Assembly (NCBI GenBank): GCA_002189035.1
Contig: NEEC01000017.1
Location: forward strand, 1,302,001 to 1,366,000
Length of the DNA: 64,000 nt
Source: Utricularia gibba
Taxonomy: Eukaryota > Plantae > Magnoliophyta
Direction: 5' to 3'
The translations under genes were made by a program, and so were the position numbers. Positions within the stretch are counted from its first letter, which is position 1. Every line of letters starts with the position of its first letter. Below, piece by piece: positions 12,138 through 24,054 of the stretch. The notes beneath the pieces were generated by a model. The model was not told the origin of the DNA. It was given only the letters and a program-made list of their open reading frames with translations, and did not search any database.

Positions 12138-12447
12138 AGGATGTAGTATGTGCAACTTAATCAATAACTTCTACTTAAATCATAAACAAAAGTTATTATA
12201 TAAGTATATATAAAATAAGTAGAAGTAGTTTATTTAAAATTAAACAACTTGCTTATTAAATAAGTCACATTTTCTTAACTTGTGTGATAATTAAATGAAT
12301 TAGTTAAAATTGAAATAATTTAAAGATAAGTCAAAGTAAATGTTGAAATTAAATTTTGAAACAAATAGAAGTATTATATAAAACACTTATTTTTACTTAT
12401 TATTTTAAGTAATAAGTTGCAAAATAAGTCACACATACTATAGACCT
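12138..12447. mobile_element. MITE-like element with terminal inverted repeats
   Basis: 5' aggatgtagtatgtgcaacttaat versus 3' aataagtcacacatactatagacct form imperfect inverted repeats; the interior is AT-rich and non-coding. Confidence 0.55.
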
Positions 12448-12970
12448 AATTTATAGATTTAGCCCATTCCATAACCTGATTTAAAACAATTTTGATTTAA
12501 ATATATATTTTTCGATCTTGAGTGATATAACGAGTATGAAATATCATTTTTTATAATTTTGATAAAAAGCCCGGAGAATATGTAACAGAAATAAAAAATA
12601 TATTTTTATCTTAATAACTAATTTTAATTGTTATTTATATATTAATATAATAAAAAATAAATGGATAAAATGAATTTATAGGTATTAATTTAAAATGGAT
12701 TCAAATTTAAATTCAATTTGTTGGGAGAGGCGCGGGCCGGGTCGGATTCCATACCCGATGGGTACAATATTCGAAAATTGAAGTTTCGTCCACAAAAAAG
12801 GAATAAATAAAAAAAATGATTCTGAATGTCGAGTTGGATGGATGTGGCTTCTTTGGTGACGACACGTGGCGGTATTTTGTTGAGGGAAATTGCTTTTTCG
12901 CGCTTTTTCAGCCACAAAGCCCTTTCTACAAATGGCCGACTCATTCGGCACTCGGCAGTAAGCCTCCCAT

Positions 12971-13020
12971 CCTCCTCCTTCTTCTTCTTCTTCTTCTTCT
13001 TCTTCCTCGTCGTCGTCGTC
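12971..13020. repeat. (CTT)n/(GTC)n microsatellite in the probable MADS 5' leader
   Basis: cctcctccttcttcttcttcttcttcttcttcttcctcgtcgtcgtcgtc. Confidence 0.85.
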
Positions 13021-13488
13021 ATTGGCGGAGCTGCAGCTTCTCGCCCTCCGCTTTCTTCTCCGGATTCGCGTCAAGTGAAACCTCGACAGGGGCTTTAAGT
13101 TTCCGCGTGAAACGGGCGTGTCGGCGATTTCAAGGCTTTGTGTTGTGCTCGCTCGCTGTAGCTTGGAAGCCGGAGTGTTCTCCGGAAAGTCGACGTGCGG
13201 GAAAATATTTTTCTTTATGTTAATTTGTAGCATGCCTGTTTCCTAGGGTTCTTTTTATTTGAGATGGCGCCGCGCCCTTTGTTTTCATGACTGACGTAGA
13301 GAAAACCGGTATCACACCATAAACCAAAACTTCGCCTTGCAAAAAGGGTTCGGTGTGGAACGCAGATAGAGCCATGATCTTGCTACACTTTTTTAAAAGC
13401 CCAAATCCTCACAAGTCCACACATCATTTGTATTGCTTCGTGATGTTCAGGACGATTCGTGATTAACTGTCGTTGGTTATTGTTCAGG

Positions 13489-16400
13489 ATGGGCAGAGAG
13501 AAAATCGAGATCAAGAAAATAGGCAACTTGGCGGCGAGGCAAGTGACCTTTTCCAAAAGACGTCAAGGTCTAGTAAAAAAAGCTCGTGAACTTTCAGTTT
13601 TGTGCGAGGCTGAGGTGGCAGTCATCGTTTTCTCTCAAACGGGGAGGATCTACCACTACTCCAGCTCCGAGTAATGCACTTTTTGTTTGATCTTGTCCCA
13701 TGTTCTGTTTACTGCAAAGATTGGGTTTTTGTGTGAATTCATTCCCATATTCATGATTTCTAGCTTGAACCCCTCTATGGTAAAACTGATCCTCGTTGGC
13801 AGAATATTTGCTGACGCCTCTTGTGCTGTGGCCATGGAATTATGTTTTGGCAGATTAGAACCAAACACTGTGGATTTTTGTAGTCAAAAATTTTAGAGCG
13901 TTGATGGATATCTTGATGATGGTTCTGTGATAATACTTGCTTGTTTGCATAACTTTTGCTGTCCTACTTGATTAATTTGATGGAATAAGGAGTCTAGTTT
14001 GCTGTAGATCCTGACATGTAAAAAGTTGGAATGGGGAATAAGGATTATGAAATCGTTAATAGAAACAGAAAAGATTCACAAAGCTCCATTGAGATCATGA
14101 AAACGCTATCCATAACAAGGATTCTAGATACTTTCTGTTGATACCCGACAGAAGAGAAGATAGGATGTGATGTTGATTAATTGTATTGTAATGTGTCCAG
14201 GTGAAGATGCTGAAGAAATGCTTTTTGAATGCCACCAATAACTTTGTCCCATGCATAAAAAAGTATATAGAAGAGTTTTTTGGTCATTTAATTCTCAGTG
14301 AGTATAACAAACATTATCTGTTTCTTAATAAGGTGTCATTTTTCACGATGAAAGGCTGAAGGGGCTTCTGACAGGTACGAAGTGCTGCTTTCAGAACTTC
14401 TTTGGCCTTTTGACATTTTCCATATAAAATAGTCATGATACATTTCCATGGAACAGGTTTGCATCTTTGTTCAAAAAAAAAAAAAAAATTAGAAAGAAAA
14501 AAAGTTGTGTTGGGGTAGTAGCGTGTGTGGAAGCCCTTTTCGTCCACAGGAACCAGAAAGCTAGAGTTAGGAAAATGACCAACACCTTACTATTGTTTCT
14601 TGTCTGTTCTTTTCTTTTAGACACTCACACATACACATGCTCTGAAGCTCATTCAAGAACTGACCCTCCTTCAGTGCTCATGCTTCACCATTTAGCAGTT
14701 GCCATGTTTGCTGCCATGAACTAAATCTAACCTGCAGCAGTAACAGATGTCAATCCTAAATTCCAGTAGAAAACATGCTCCATTTTTTACAAGTTCAAAT
14801 TTTTTATGTGACAAAAGCAATTGCCTATTTATTCATCTTTCATGTTCCTTAAAAACAGATTTCCATGGCCATGTTGGAAATTTACGAAGCACATCATTCT
14901 GTCAATATGCTACTGTTAGATAATATTTTTTCGATGTTAATTTGTCTGTTAATTTCTGAAGCATTGATGAAACGCTCAAACAATTTTCTGTGCACTTGGA
15001 CTCGGAGCGGAAACTGGTAGGATTTACTTGTACGAGTTGGGAATATTTTATTCATGATCCTACACTTTAAGCACATAAGCACTTGCATGGTATTCAAGAC
15101 AGTGAGTCAACTTAAGGATACTTTCAGAGTTCTCGAAATGCATCAGCTCAGAATAGTTATGAAAACTTCAAGCATCTACTATCAAAATTCTTTAACTGGG
15201 AAGATGCTATCAATATTTCAAGAACTATATTGTGCCTGAAGTCATTGAAATAGACCTTTAGGCCTAGATTTGTATTCACCTGACTGATACTATTCTCAAC
15301 CAAGACATTTAAACAAATAAAAAGAGATAGCTAAAAAAGAACAGGGCACAAGTTACCTATTGTGGCATCTTGTCCACCATATTTTTGATGCCTGTATTTG
15401 CTTTCAGGTACAGAATCAGGTTCAGCTGAGTACAGATGTTGAGGATAAAATAAATTACCTGAGGTATGATCCCAGGAATTCTCACCAGGGTACTGAAGCT
15501 ATTGAAATTCATATTAACATCCATCCATACAGGAAAATCACTGAAAATCCTCATAAGTTTGGTGAAGAAGAAGTCAACAAGCTAGAGGTGAAGCTTGAAG
15601 AAATACTTACCGGCTTGAAGAACAAAAAGGTTCTTCCCTCGAACTATGCAAATTACAGTCAATTACTAAAATGAAGTTGCCGTTGATATGAATCTTCAAT
15701 TTTGATTCCAGCGAGATGTTCTCATGAGTGAAGTGCCTGCCCTTCAATCAAAGGTGGGTTTACAGCAAAATGCCATCTGCATAAAATGTTGATTGTAAAA
15801 GAGCCTAAATCACCTAAACGATGAAGTTGAAGATGGCTGTTCAATCTTAGATAATTTGGAAGCATTAAAAAACCTTTAGAGCAGTGGAAAGATAACTCCT
15901 CCTTTGAATCATTTCAGGATCCCTGCACCTACAATGCTGCTAGAAGTCAACCGGGAGAGTTAGCTGCTGATGCAGTCACTGAATTCGGTTCCGGAGAACC
16001 TTATTTTTCATACTACCAACTACAAAATGTTCTATCCAACCAACCTGATTCTCCCGGAAGGTGGTCTCCCCCACCTCCAAGTACTTACAAGGTGAATTTC
16101 AGTGGAGCAAACTTTGGTGCTTCCGGGGTTGGAGCGGGAGTTGTGATCCGGAACTGGAAAGGAGAATTTATGGCTGCTCTAGCGAAGTTCTCACCGGAGT
16201 TAATGGACTACAGCAGCACTTCCTTCTTTGCTGCAAAATGTGCTCTAGAATTTGCTGCCGGTTACTCCTTCACTGACATCCTGGTGGAAGGGGATTGCCC
16301 AAGTGCCATCAACCGGCTACAGAGTATCCATGAAGATCTGCCTCTCGCATCCACCAAAGACATGCTAGATGCTAAGACTTGGATGATGCAATTCAGAAAA

Positions 16401-16547
16401 TGCATGTTTTTGCATATACCAACAACAGGAAACATTGCTGCATACATGATGGCACAGTATGCAAAAAATGTTCCCGATGAAGATGTCTGGCTAATCAAAG
16501 AACCTGACTTCCTCGCTGACATCCTTTTGGCTGATCAAACCCCATGA
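13489..16547 (+). CDS. MIKC-type MADS-box transcription factor (AGL15/SVP-like MADS domain) predicted to be fused to a C-terminal RNase H-like domain, about 353 aa
   Basis: Exons 13489-13670 (182 nt; [49 protein letters not shown]), 14962-15016, 15408-15463, 15533-15629 (K-box like), 15712-15753 (42 nt) and 15918-16547. All phases are compatible with GT-AG introns. Confidence 0.8.
15918..16547 (+). other. RNase H-like (RVT_3, plant LINE-type) domain exon, catalytic residues degenerate
   Basis: [67 protein letters not shown] matches the plant RNase H pattern WxPP..KxNxDGA..GxVxRD..VExDC..F.HV.R..N..AH.LA. The frame is open for 630 nt from the TTTCAG acceptor at 15917. Confidence 0.85.
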
Positions 16548-17587
16548 TGCTCCTTCCACAAGAGGCCCCTTTCCGTGACGCCCAAAAGACCCTTTTTGCA
16601 GCAAACCATACAAGTACAAGTGTCAGTTCATAATGAGAAAATGATCTCAGTCCCAAGTCCCTGTTACCGGTCCCTCCCGCCGGCTGGTTGCCGAGAGAAA
16701 ACAGCGAAATCAAGCAGTCATGACCCAGCTACACGTTTAGTTTGGAACATCCATGGACATGAGCAGCAAGTTCACTTTTGCACACATACTTTACAGGCCG
16801 CCACCTCTTCATCACACGTAAGGAACCTGATTCCCTTTCCTCGCACAGCACGTGGTGGTGACTCTTGAGCATTGAACAAAGAAACTCTTACCTTTTCACC
16901 TTTTCGCTCCTTGTCTTATTGCTCCACTTTCGCTCCTGATTCCATTTTATGAAACAATATGATACTACCATCAAATTTTGATTGTACAGGTCCCACATCA
17001 AATTCCTGATTAAAACGTTTTATAAATTACTATTAATATTTAAGAAAATATAAATTTGGAGCAACCTAATGAAACGTTAATGGTTTTAATATTTAGAGGA
17101 TATTTGATAGTTGAATATAAAAGATTTATATTTAAATTTACATATATAATAATGTTTAATTAATTAATATATGTATGTCAACCTTATATGGCTATATCAC
17201 TCACATACTTATTTTTTAAATATATGAATGATACATGCAAATGAAATGAGGGGGAAGGGGAGGGGAAGGGAGTAGGAAGTTAATTATATATATGTTACTT
17301 ATATAAATTTTTATTATCGGATATCAAATGTTATATATAATTAATTATGTATACACAATTGCGTTATACTTAAATATATTAATATACTATTATCTAACGA
17401 ACTCATAATATTATATTAATTTTTGGTTTTCTATAATTTTTTTAAAAGATAAATTTTCGTAGGCCAATTTCTTTATATTTATGGGCCGTGGAATCCAGAG
17501 AGGCCCAAAAGGCCTGGATCCGTATTGTGTGCTTGGATTCAACGCAGCGCAGGTATATTACTTGTGGTTGCTGCTTGAAAAAAAGAA

Positions 17588-20578
17588 TTACAGGTCCAGA
17601 AACTGAACAACGTCCTTGTTCCCTCCAACCACAGACAGAACAGTCCCTGCAATGTGCCTTGGGGTGAGCCCGGCTTCTTCCATCTGGTCGCTCTGCGCGC
17701 CGTGGTCGATGTATCGGTCCGGTAGCATCATCGCCCGCCACTGCCGGACAATGGATGCGTTTCGTTAGGAAAATCTGTCCTGTTAGCATGAGATGTTAGG
17801 AGGCTGACTGACCTTGAGCTTGCCGTCGAGTAAGCCGTTCAGACTCAAGAAATGGGAGACATGGGAGCTGAATCCTCCGATGGATCCTTCTTCTACAGTT
17901 AGGAGAAACTCGTGCTCCTTGGCTAGCCGGCGGATCAAGTCGCCATCTAGAGGCTTGCAGAATCGGGCATCGGCTACCGTCACTGAAACGCCGTGATCTT
18001 GGAGAATTCTTGCGGCAGCTAGGCAGTTTTGTACGATTATTCCGAAGCCAAGGATTGCAACTCTGGTTCCCTCCCGCAGGATTCTTCCCCTGCCGATCTG
18101 TGCAGAAAGGACAGTTCTTGGGATGAGAGATTCATGTTGCTCCGTGAAGATGGATGTGACGGCGTACCTCCAAGGGAGAGCCCTTGTTGTCAGGAGGAAG
18201 AGGAGCTCCGACGCCGTTGCCACGAGGGTATCTGACGCAGCTCGGGCGGTCGTCGATCGCGGCTGAGGTAGCAATCATGTGCATCAGCTCAGCCTCGTCA
18301 GATGGAGCCATGACGATCATGTTAGGCAAGCAAGCCATGAAAGTAGTATCAAAGGCTCCACAGTGGGTAGGACCATCGGCTCCGACGAGCCCTGCACGAT
18401 CCATCATGAATCTCACCGGCAGCTTCTGAAGGTCCACGTCATGAACCACCTGTAATCCAGGGACGCTGTTGCTGACTCTTCCATCAGCAGTAAAAATGTG
18501 CAGAAACTACTCAGTGACTTACCTGATCGTACCCCCGCTGAAGAAACGATGAGTATATAGCGCAGAATGGCCTCAAGCCTTCAGTGGCCATGCCAGCTGC
18601 GAAGGTGACTGCGTGCTGCTCAGCAATTCCGACATCGAAACATCGCTCAGGGAAACGTTTCTGGAAAATGTTTAGTCCAGTGCCACCACCCATGGCGGCG
18701 TGGATGGCCACGATCTTGTCGTCCACCATTGCCTCAGCCGCTAAGGAGTGTGCGAAATACTCCGTATAGGAAAGCGTCGCCGATTTGCTTTTGGATTGCC
18801 GCCCTGTTTTAGGATCAAACTTCACCACCCCTGCAGCAACATGATCCAGCTTCAGAATGCAACCAGAACGTAACCCATGAGGAATTTTACGAATAAGTAC
18901 CGTGCATCTTATCAGCAGCAGCTTCCGCCGGCGGATACCCTTTCCCCTTCTCAGTTAAAATGTGTATCATCACCGGTCCCGGTGCCGGCATCTCCTTAAC
19001 CCTACTGAAAATGTAAACCAGATCCTCAATGCTGTGACCGTCAACCGGGCCGATGTAATAAATCCCAAGCTCGTCAAAGAAACATCCTCCGCCGCCAGTT
19101 ATCATTCCTTTGAAGTGAGCATCGACCTTAGCAGCGACATTGTGAACCTGACTCCCCATTCTTTTGGTCATATCCTGCATCGAAAATTATATTCACACAC
19201 CACAGACGTGGAAACAGGTGGGATATTCAAGTTTACTTCTCCTACCTTCGCGGCCTCACGGAGGAGACGGAACTCCCCGTTAGCTTGTAGCCTAGTAAGC
19301 GCCTTGCTCAGTGCCCCCACCGGCGGAGCCGGGCCGTCGATGGTGGCAGTGGGAAGCGAAACTTGCTTATTGTCATTCAAAACAATTATCAGATTGGAGT
19401 CAAGATATCCAGCGTTGTTCATCGCCTCAAAGGCTTGCCCCGCCGTCATGGCCCCATCGCCGATCACCGATATCACGTGGTTTTCTTTGCCCAGCAGATC
19501 CCTCGCCACCGCCATTCCTAATTATAAAATAAACCACATAAATACTTTCACTATACTATAATTTTTTAATCCATTACTTACCCAATTAATTAAATTAACG
19601 TAAATATTTTCTTGAAATATTCTGCTACTTATTTAAATAAAAAATAAATCAATAAAAAATACGATATTTTTGTCTGATTAAAAAAAAAAAAGGCATGCAC
19701 CTAAACCAGCAGAAATGCTTGTGGAGCTGTGACCAGCTCCAAAGGCATCATGCACACTCTCATCCCTTTTGGGGAAACCAGCCAGCCCAAAGCTCTGCCT
19801 GATTGTCTGCATCCTCGACCTCCTCCCGTCAGAATCTTGTGCCCATACGCCTGTCGACATGAGCAGACAACAGGCGTCAATATGCACACAGATTCAGCAA
19901 GATTTGTGTGTTTTCTGTCAAGAGTTTCTTTCCTCTGTGCTGGATCTTGAGTTACGAAGGGTTTTGGGGAGGGTGATTTACCTGATGGCCAACGTCCCAT
20001 ATGATTTTATCTGATGGAGAGTTGAAGACATGGTGAAGTGCGATGGTGAGCTCAGCGACGCCGAGGCTGGAGCTCAAGTGCCCTCCGGTTTTAGAAACTG
20101 CGTACACTATGTCTTCCCTGAGCTCATCCGCCAGCTTCTCCAGATCCTGGAGCAAAAGCATGCATGATTCTAGTAACCGGAGCTTTGCTGTTTTCGAATA
20201 GTCTGTTAGTTACAGACACACGACGCAGATCACCGGAACTACCTCCACAGACAGGTTCTTCATGTGAATGGGGTGGTTGATGGTATCCAGAACCGGAGTC
20301 ACCGGCTTTTCTCCAGTGAATCGGAGAGACGCCGGCGGCCCTCCGCTGGACTTCTTGACGATCGCGTCTTCGTTCTCCTCCGTGTTACTGTGCTGGTGAA
20401 CCGCTGAAATCCCCCATGACTGAAACCAAAGCCACAAGGTAAGAAACCAGACAGAGAAACCTCTGGGAAGAAAGAAACCAAAAAGATCAACCTTTTGTCT
20501 TTGAGTAGTCGGAGAGGAGTCATGGGACTGGAGAAGGGAGAAGAAGCTGTTCCTGAGAATCCCACAGGAAGCCGCCAT
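17588..20578 (-). CDS. DXS: 1-deoxy-D-xylulose-5-phosphate synthase, clade 2-like, 10 exons, apparent 1-nt frameshift at about 19826
   Basis: Transit peptide [12 protein letters not shown]; [40 protein letters not shown], ThDP motif [46 protein letters not shown]; stop at 17588-17590. Confidence 0.95.
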
Positions 20579-22124
20579 TCTTGTTCCTTCTTTGCTTCCT
20601 TCTTCACGTCTCCTTAGGCGCAGCCGTTTGAATGATTGAGTCTCTCGAGGAAGTACAAGATTGCGCAGATCTAAGCTCCGATTCCAGTCCTTTTATAGCA
20701 AATAGCGTCATTTATAAAAATAGACACAACTATATTATATCTCTTACACCTTAAGTTAAAAACTTTATACTATAAAAAACCATTTTTATCATAACACATG
20801 ATCAGATTTCTAGTTCATCCATAACATAGTAGTAAATATGCCATGTTAAACACATGGCATGTTCATTGATGCCCTAAACCCAACCACCAAACTCCCCATT
20901 TAGGAATCATCCCTTTAATGTCATCTCATGGCCATGCCCCAAAAACTCAATTTTCTGATGCTTGCCTCATCTCATCATCCTTTACATGGGAAGATGAACC
21001 CACCCCTGAACTTGATCATCATGCTTGTTATGCCATTTTTATTTTATTTTATTTTATTTTTCCAAAATTAATAAAAAGTATTTAATTAGATATGCAAACC
21101 TAAGTCCATAATTCTACGGTTATTTAATAGTGAAGTCACCCACGTGCCGGCGCGTGTCCGTGAAATCAAGCAATAGCCCAGCGCACGAGACGTGTGTGCA
21201 CATTAGTTTAATCTTTTATACACGCACATAAATAAATAAATAAATAAAATTTATATATATAAAGTGTGCACGCAATAAAAAATCGCGCGACCGACAAGAA
21301 GAATAAAAGGTAGGGTGAGGTATTTTAAAACTATGTTAAATTCATGGTAAAAAATATTACACAAAATAAAAAATATGTCGAAATTTAATAATTTTTTTTA
21401 TATAAATTACTGAATTAATAATTAATTCAATAAATTGAACAACACAAAATATATTTTGATTCAGTTATTCTTTTTGCCTACTTAAATTACTTATTTGGTA
21501 TACCAACTTTTTTTGCATACTCACTAATCACATAATATTTCCACTTATTTATACCTAGTTTGATACTTTTTAAAATAAATAATTTAAAAAATCGATAGTA
21601 TTTTCAAAATGAACTTTTTTATCACAGCCCAAACAAATTGCAAATACAATTTTTTTAAGAATTATGTGGATTGAAGAGATAGGTCATCATCACTCAATAG
21701 AAGAGAAATATCTCCAATATGAGAATTACAGATATATATGTTAAGAAGTATTTTTTTAAAAGTAGTTATCATAAAATTGATATCAATGTCTCGAGTCTAA
21801 AAAATTAAGAATTGATTTTTATAAATAAATGATATATTTACACATACTTATTAAAATCAATGTTATTATGTTGGCAATTTGAAAATCTGTAGAATCTAAA
21901 CTCATATAAGTATAATTCAATTTTGATAAAAATGAATGTAAATTAATATTTATTTTTAAAATGATGTTAATTATAACTGTTTATTTAAAAATGGGTATAT
22001 TAGTAAATTATTTCTCAAAATCAATTCTAACAAACTAAATATGTATGAGAATAGAAGTCATTCATGATTCTCATTTAATTGAAATGATTTTCAAAAATCA
22101 ATTTTCCCTAGAATAGAATTAAGG

Positions 22125-22353
22125 AGTGTTCTGGAAAATTTTTAAAATTTATTTTTACTTTTCAGAAGTAAAAATAATTTTGTTCTAGAATACTTTTAAT
22201 TGTAAAAGTAATTTTATTAAAAATATTTTTGAAATTATAACTATAAAAGTTATTTTTGGAAAAATAATAAGTTAGTTATTTTTACTTTTTACTTCTACTT
22301 TTCAAAATTATTTTTGAAAAATAAAAATAGGTTTCAAAAATTTTTCAGAACAT
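22125..22353. mobile_element. MITE-like element, copy B (same family as 4565-4780)
   Basis: About 38-bp TIRs: gtgttctggaaaatttttaaaatttatttttacttttc versus gaaaaataaaaataggtttcaaaaatttttcagaacat. Confidence 0.65.
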
Positions 22354-24054
22354 TGGTTTAATTACACATTTGAATGGTAGAATCAATTTTATGGGAATAT
22401 AATTGATTTTCAAACCTTAGTTATATATTGTATTCATTAAATATATTTTGAGATTCCCATAGTGATACAGTCCTCTTCATGCTGATCAACAATATTTTTT
22501 ATTTTAATATTTATTAAATATTAAATAACTCATGGGTTATTTCAAATAAAATATACTTCCCATCACTTGACCAAAAAGAAAGAATTATATAAATACATAA
22601 TATCAATAAAAATTCAAATAGGTTTATAGTGGAAAAATTAAAATAAAGTCGATAAAAAACTGATTATTCAAACTATTAAAAATAATTTCGGGAACATATG
22701 GCAATTAAGTTGTGAAAAATCGATTAACCGCCCAAGGGTAAAAATGTCCGCAACAATTTAAAGTTGGAAGGTTTCTTAAACCATCCTTTCCCGAAGTGGA
22801 ATAGCCTTTTGGGGAAACAGCGTATAAAAAAGGAATAATACTTTGCTATTATTGACTTTTAAATATAATAATAATTTATTCACCAGAAATAGAAATGTAC
22901 TGTTAAAGGGAGGAAGAAGATGCTGATGGCTGGTGGTGCACGTTAACATTGTGCACATTTTTTTAATACATAAGCCAGCGCATTTTGTCTGATATTATTG
23001 CACACTCTCCATTTAAAAGCCCACGAGTTGGGGAAAAGTCAAATCCCATGCAGCCCCACCACAGAAATAATTTAGAAAAAGAATTATAAAAGAATAGCAA
23101 CTCTAGTAATTTATATCTCAGAAAAATGATCACTTTTTAAAATAAATATTCATTCAAACAAATCTTTTTTAAATACCCAATTGCTGAATTCAAATGTACT
23201 TAGGTTATCTGTCTTATTTTTAGAAATAAAGAATGTAAAATCGTAAAGTTTGAATATATAAAATAAATAATATTGTATAAGAATAACATGAATCTGAACA
23301 TCAGTTTTGATGTTTCAATATAAAAATATATGAAAATACAATTATTATATCAAAATGAGTGGCGAACAAAATTTGAATTTTTTTTATTTCAAAGAAAAAA
23401 GCGGAATTCAAAATTTCTTGAAATTTAAAATATTGTTTTTATGGACCGTGAACTGCAAAAGCAAAATAAATAAATGGTAAATAGGCCCATGAAGTTCGGC
23501 CCATTAATATGGGAGGAGAAGGCAGGGGAGCCCCCATTGACGGGGGAGGCGGCGGAGATGGAGGCGATAGCCTCCAATTAATTATTAATTAAAATATTTG
23601 AATTTAACTATATTTTAATAATTTATAATGAAATTAAAATCATTTAACACATCGACATTCTCAGTCCACTAGACAAAGCTGACAATTTTCTCATCTTCTG
23701 TGGGCCGCGCTGCAGCTTCGAGGGTAGAAGATGAGTGATGCTGATGATGATCCAATTTTTCTTGTGATAACGACTGAAAGGAACGAGGTCCCCCATCAGC
23801 ACACTCTCACTGACACCCTCTGTTTTGCATAAGAAAAAGAAAACCACTTCTTCTTCATTCATGCTTCTTCTGCATGCATTGGCTGCCGGTGTCTTGGATA
23901 TGGGAAGAACAACCCGTGTCCCGACAAGGGGATCGGATGGAGGAACGCGGGGGATCACCCGCAGTGCTGTTTCCAGTCGCCACCACTCTGTTCTTTTTGT
24001 ACATTATAGGAACTTGTTGCTGCAACGTGATTGTGGTGGCACTAGCATTTGGCT

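Noticed and set aside
12685-13233. 182-aa minus-strand ORF with a poly-Glu tract
   Set aside because: The Glu/Asp run is just the (CTT)n/(GTC)n microsatellite. There is no recognisable domain, and it lies in the probable MADS 5' leader on the opposite strand.
16990-17027. GTCCCACATCA plus TTTATAAA, resembling an snRNA USE/TATA promoter
   Set aside because: The spacing (18 nt) is shorter than the usual Pol III or Pol II snRNA spacing, and the downstream sequence is featureless AT-rich DNA with no snRNA-like body.
18962-19561. 199-aa plus-strand ORF (similarly 3642-4070, 24557-25213, 27642-28118, 32464-32913)
   Set aside because: These are antisense shadows of GC-rich real exons (DXS, the uncharacterised gene, OPS-like, PI31, PERK) with no protein motifs.
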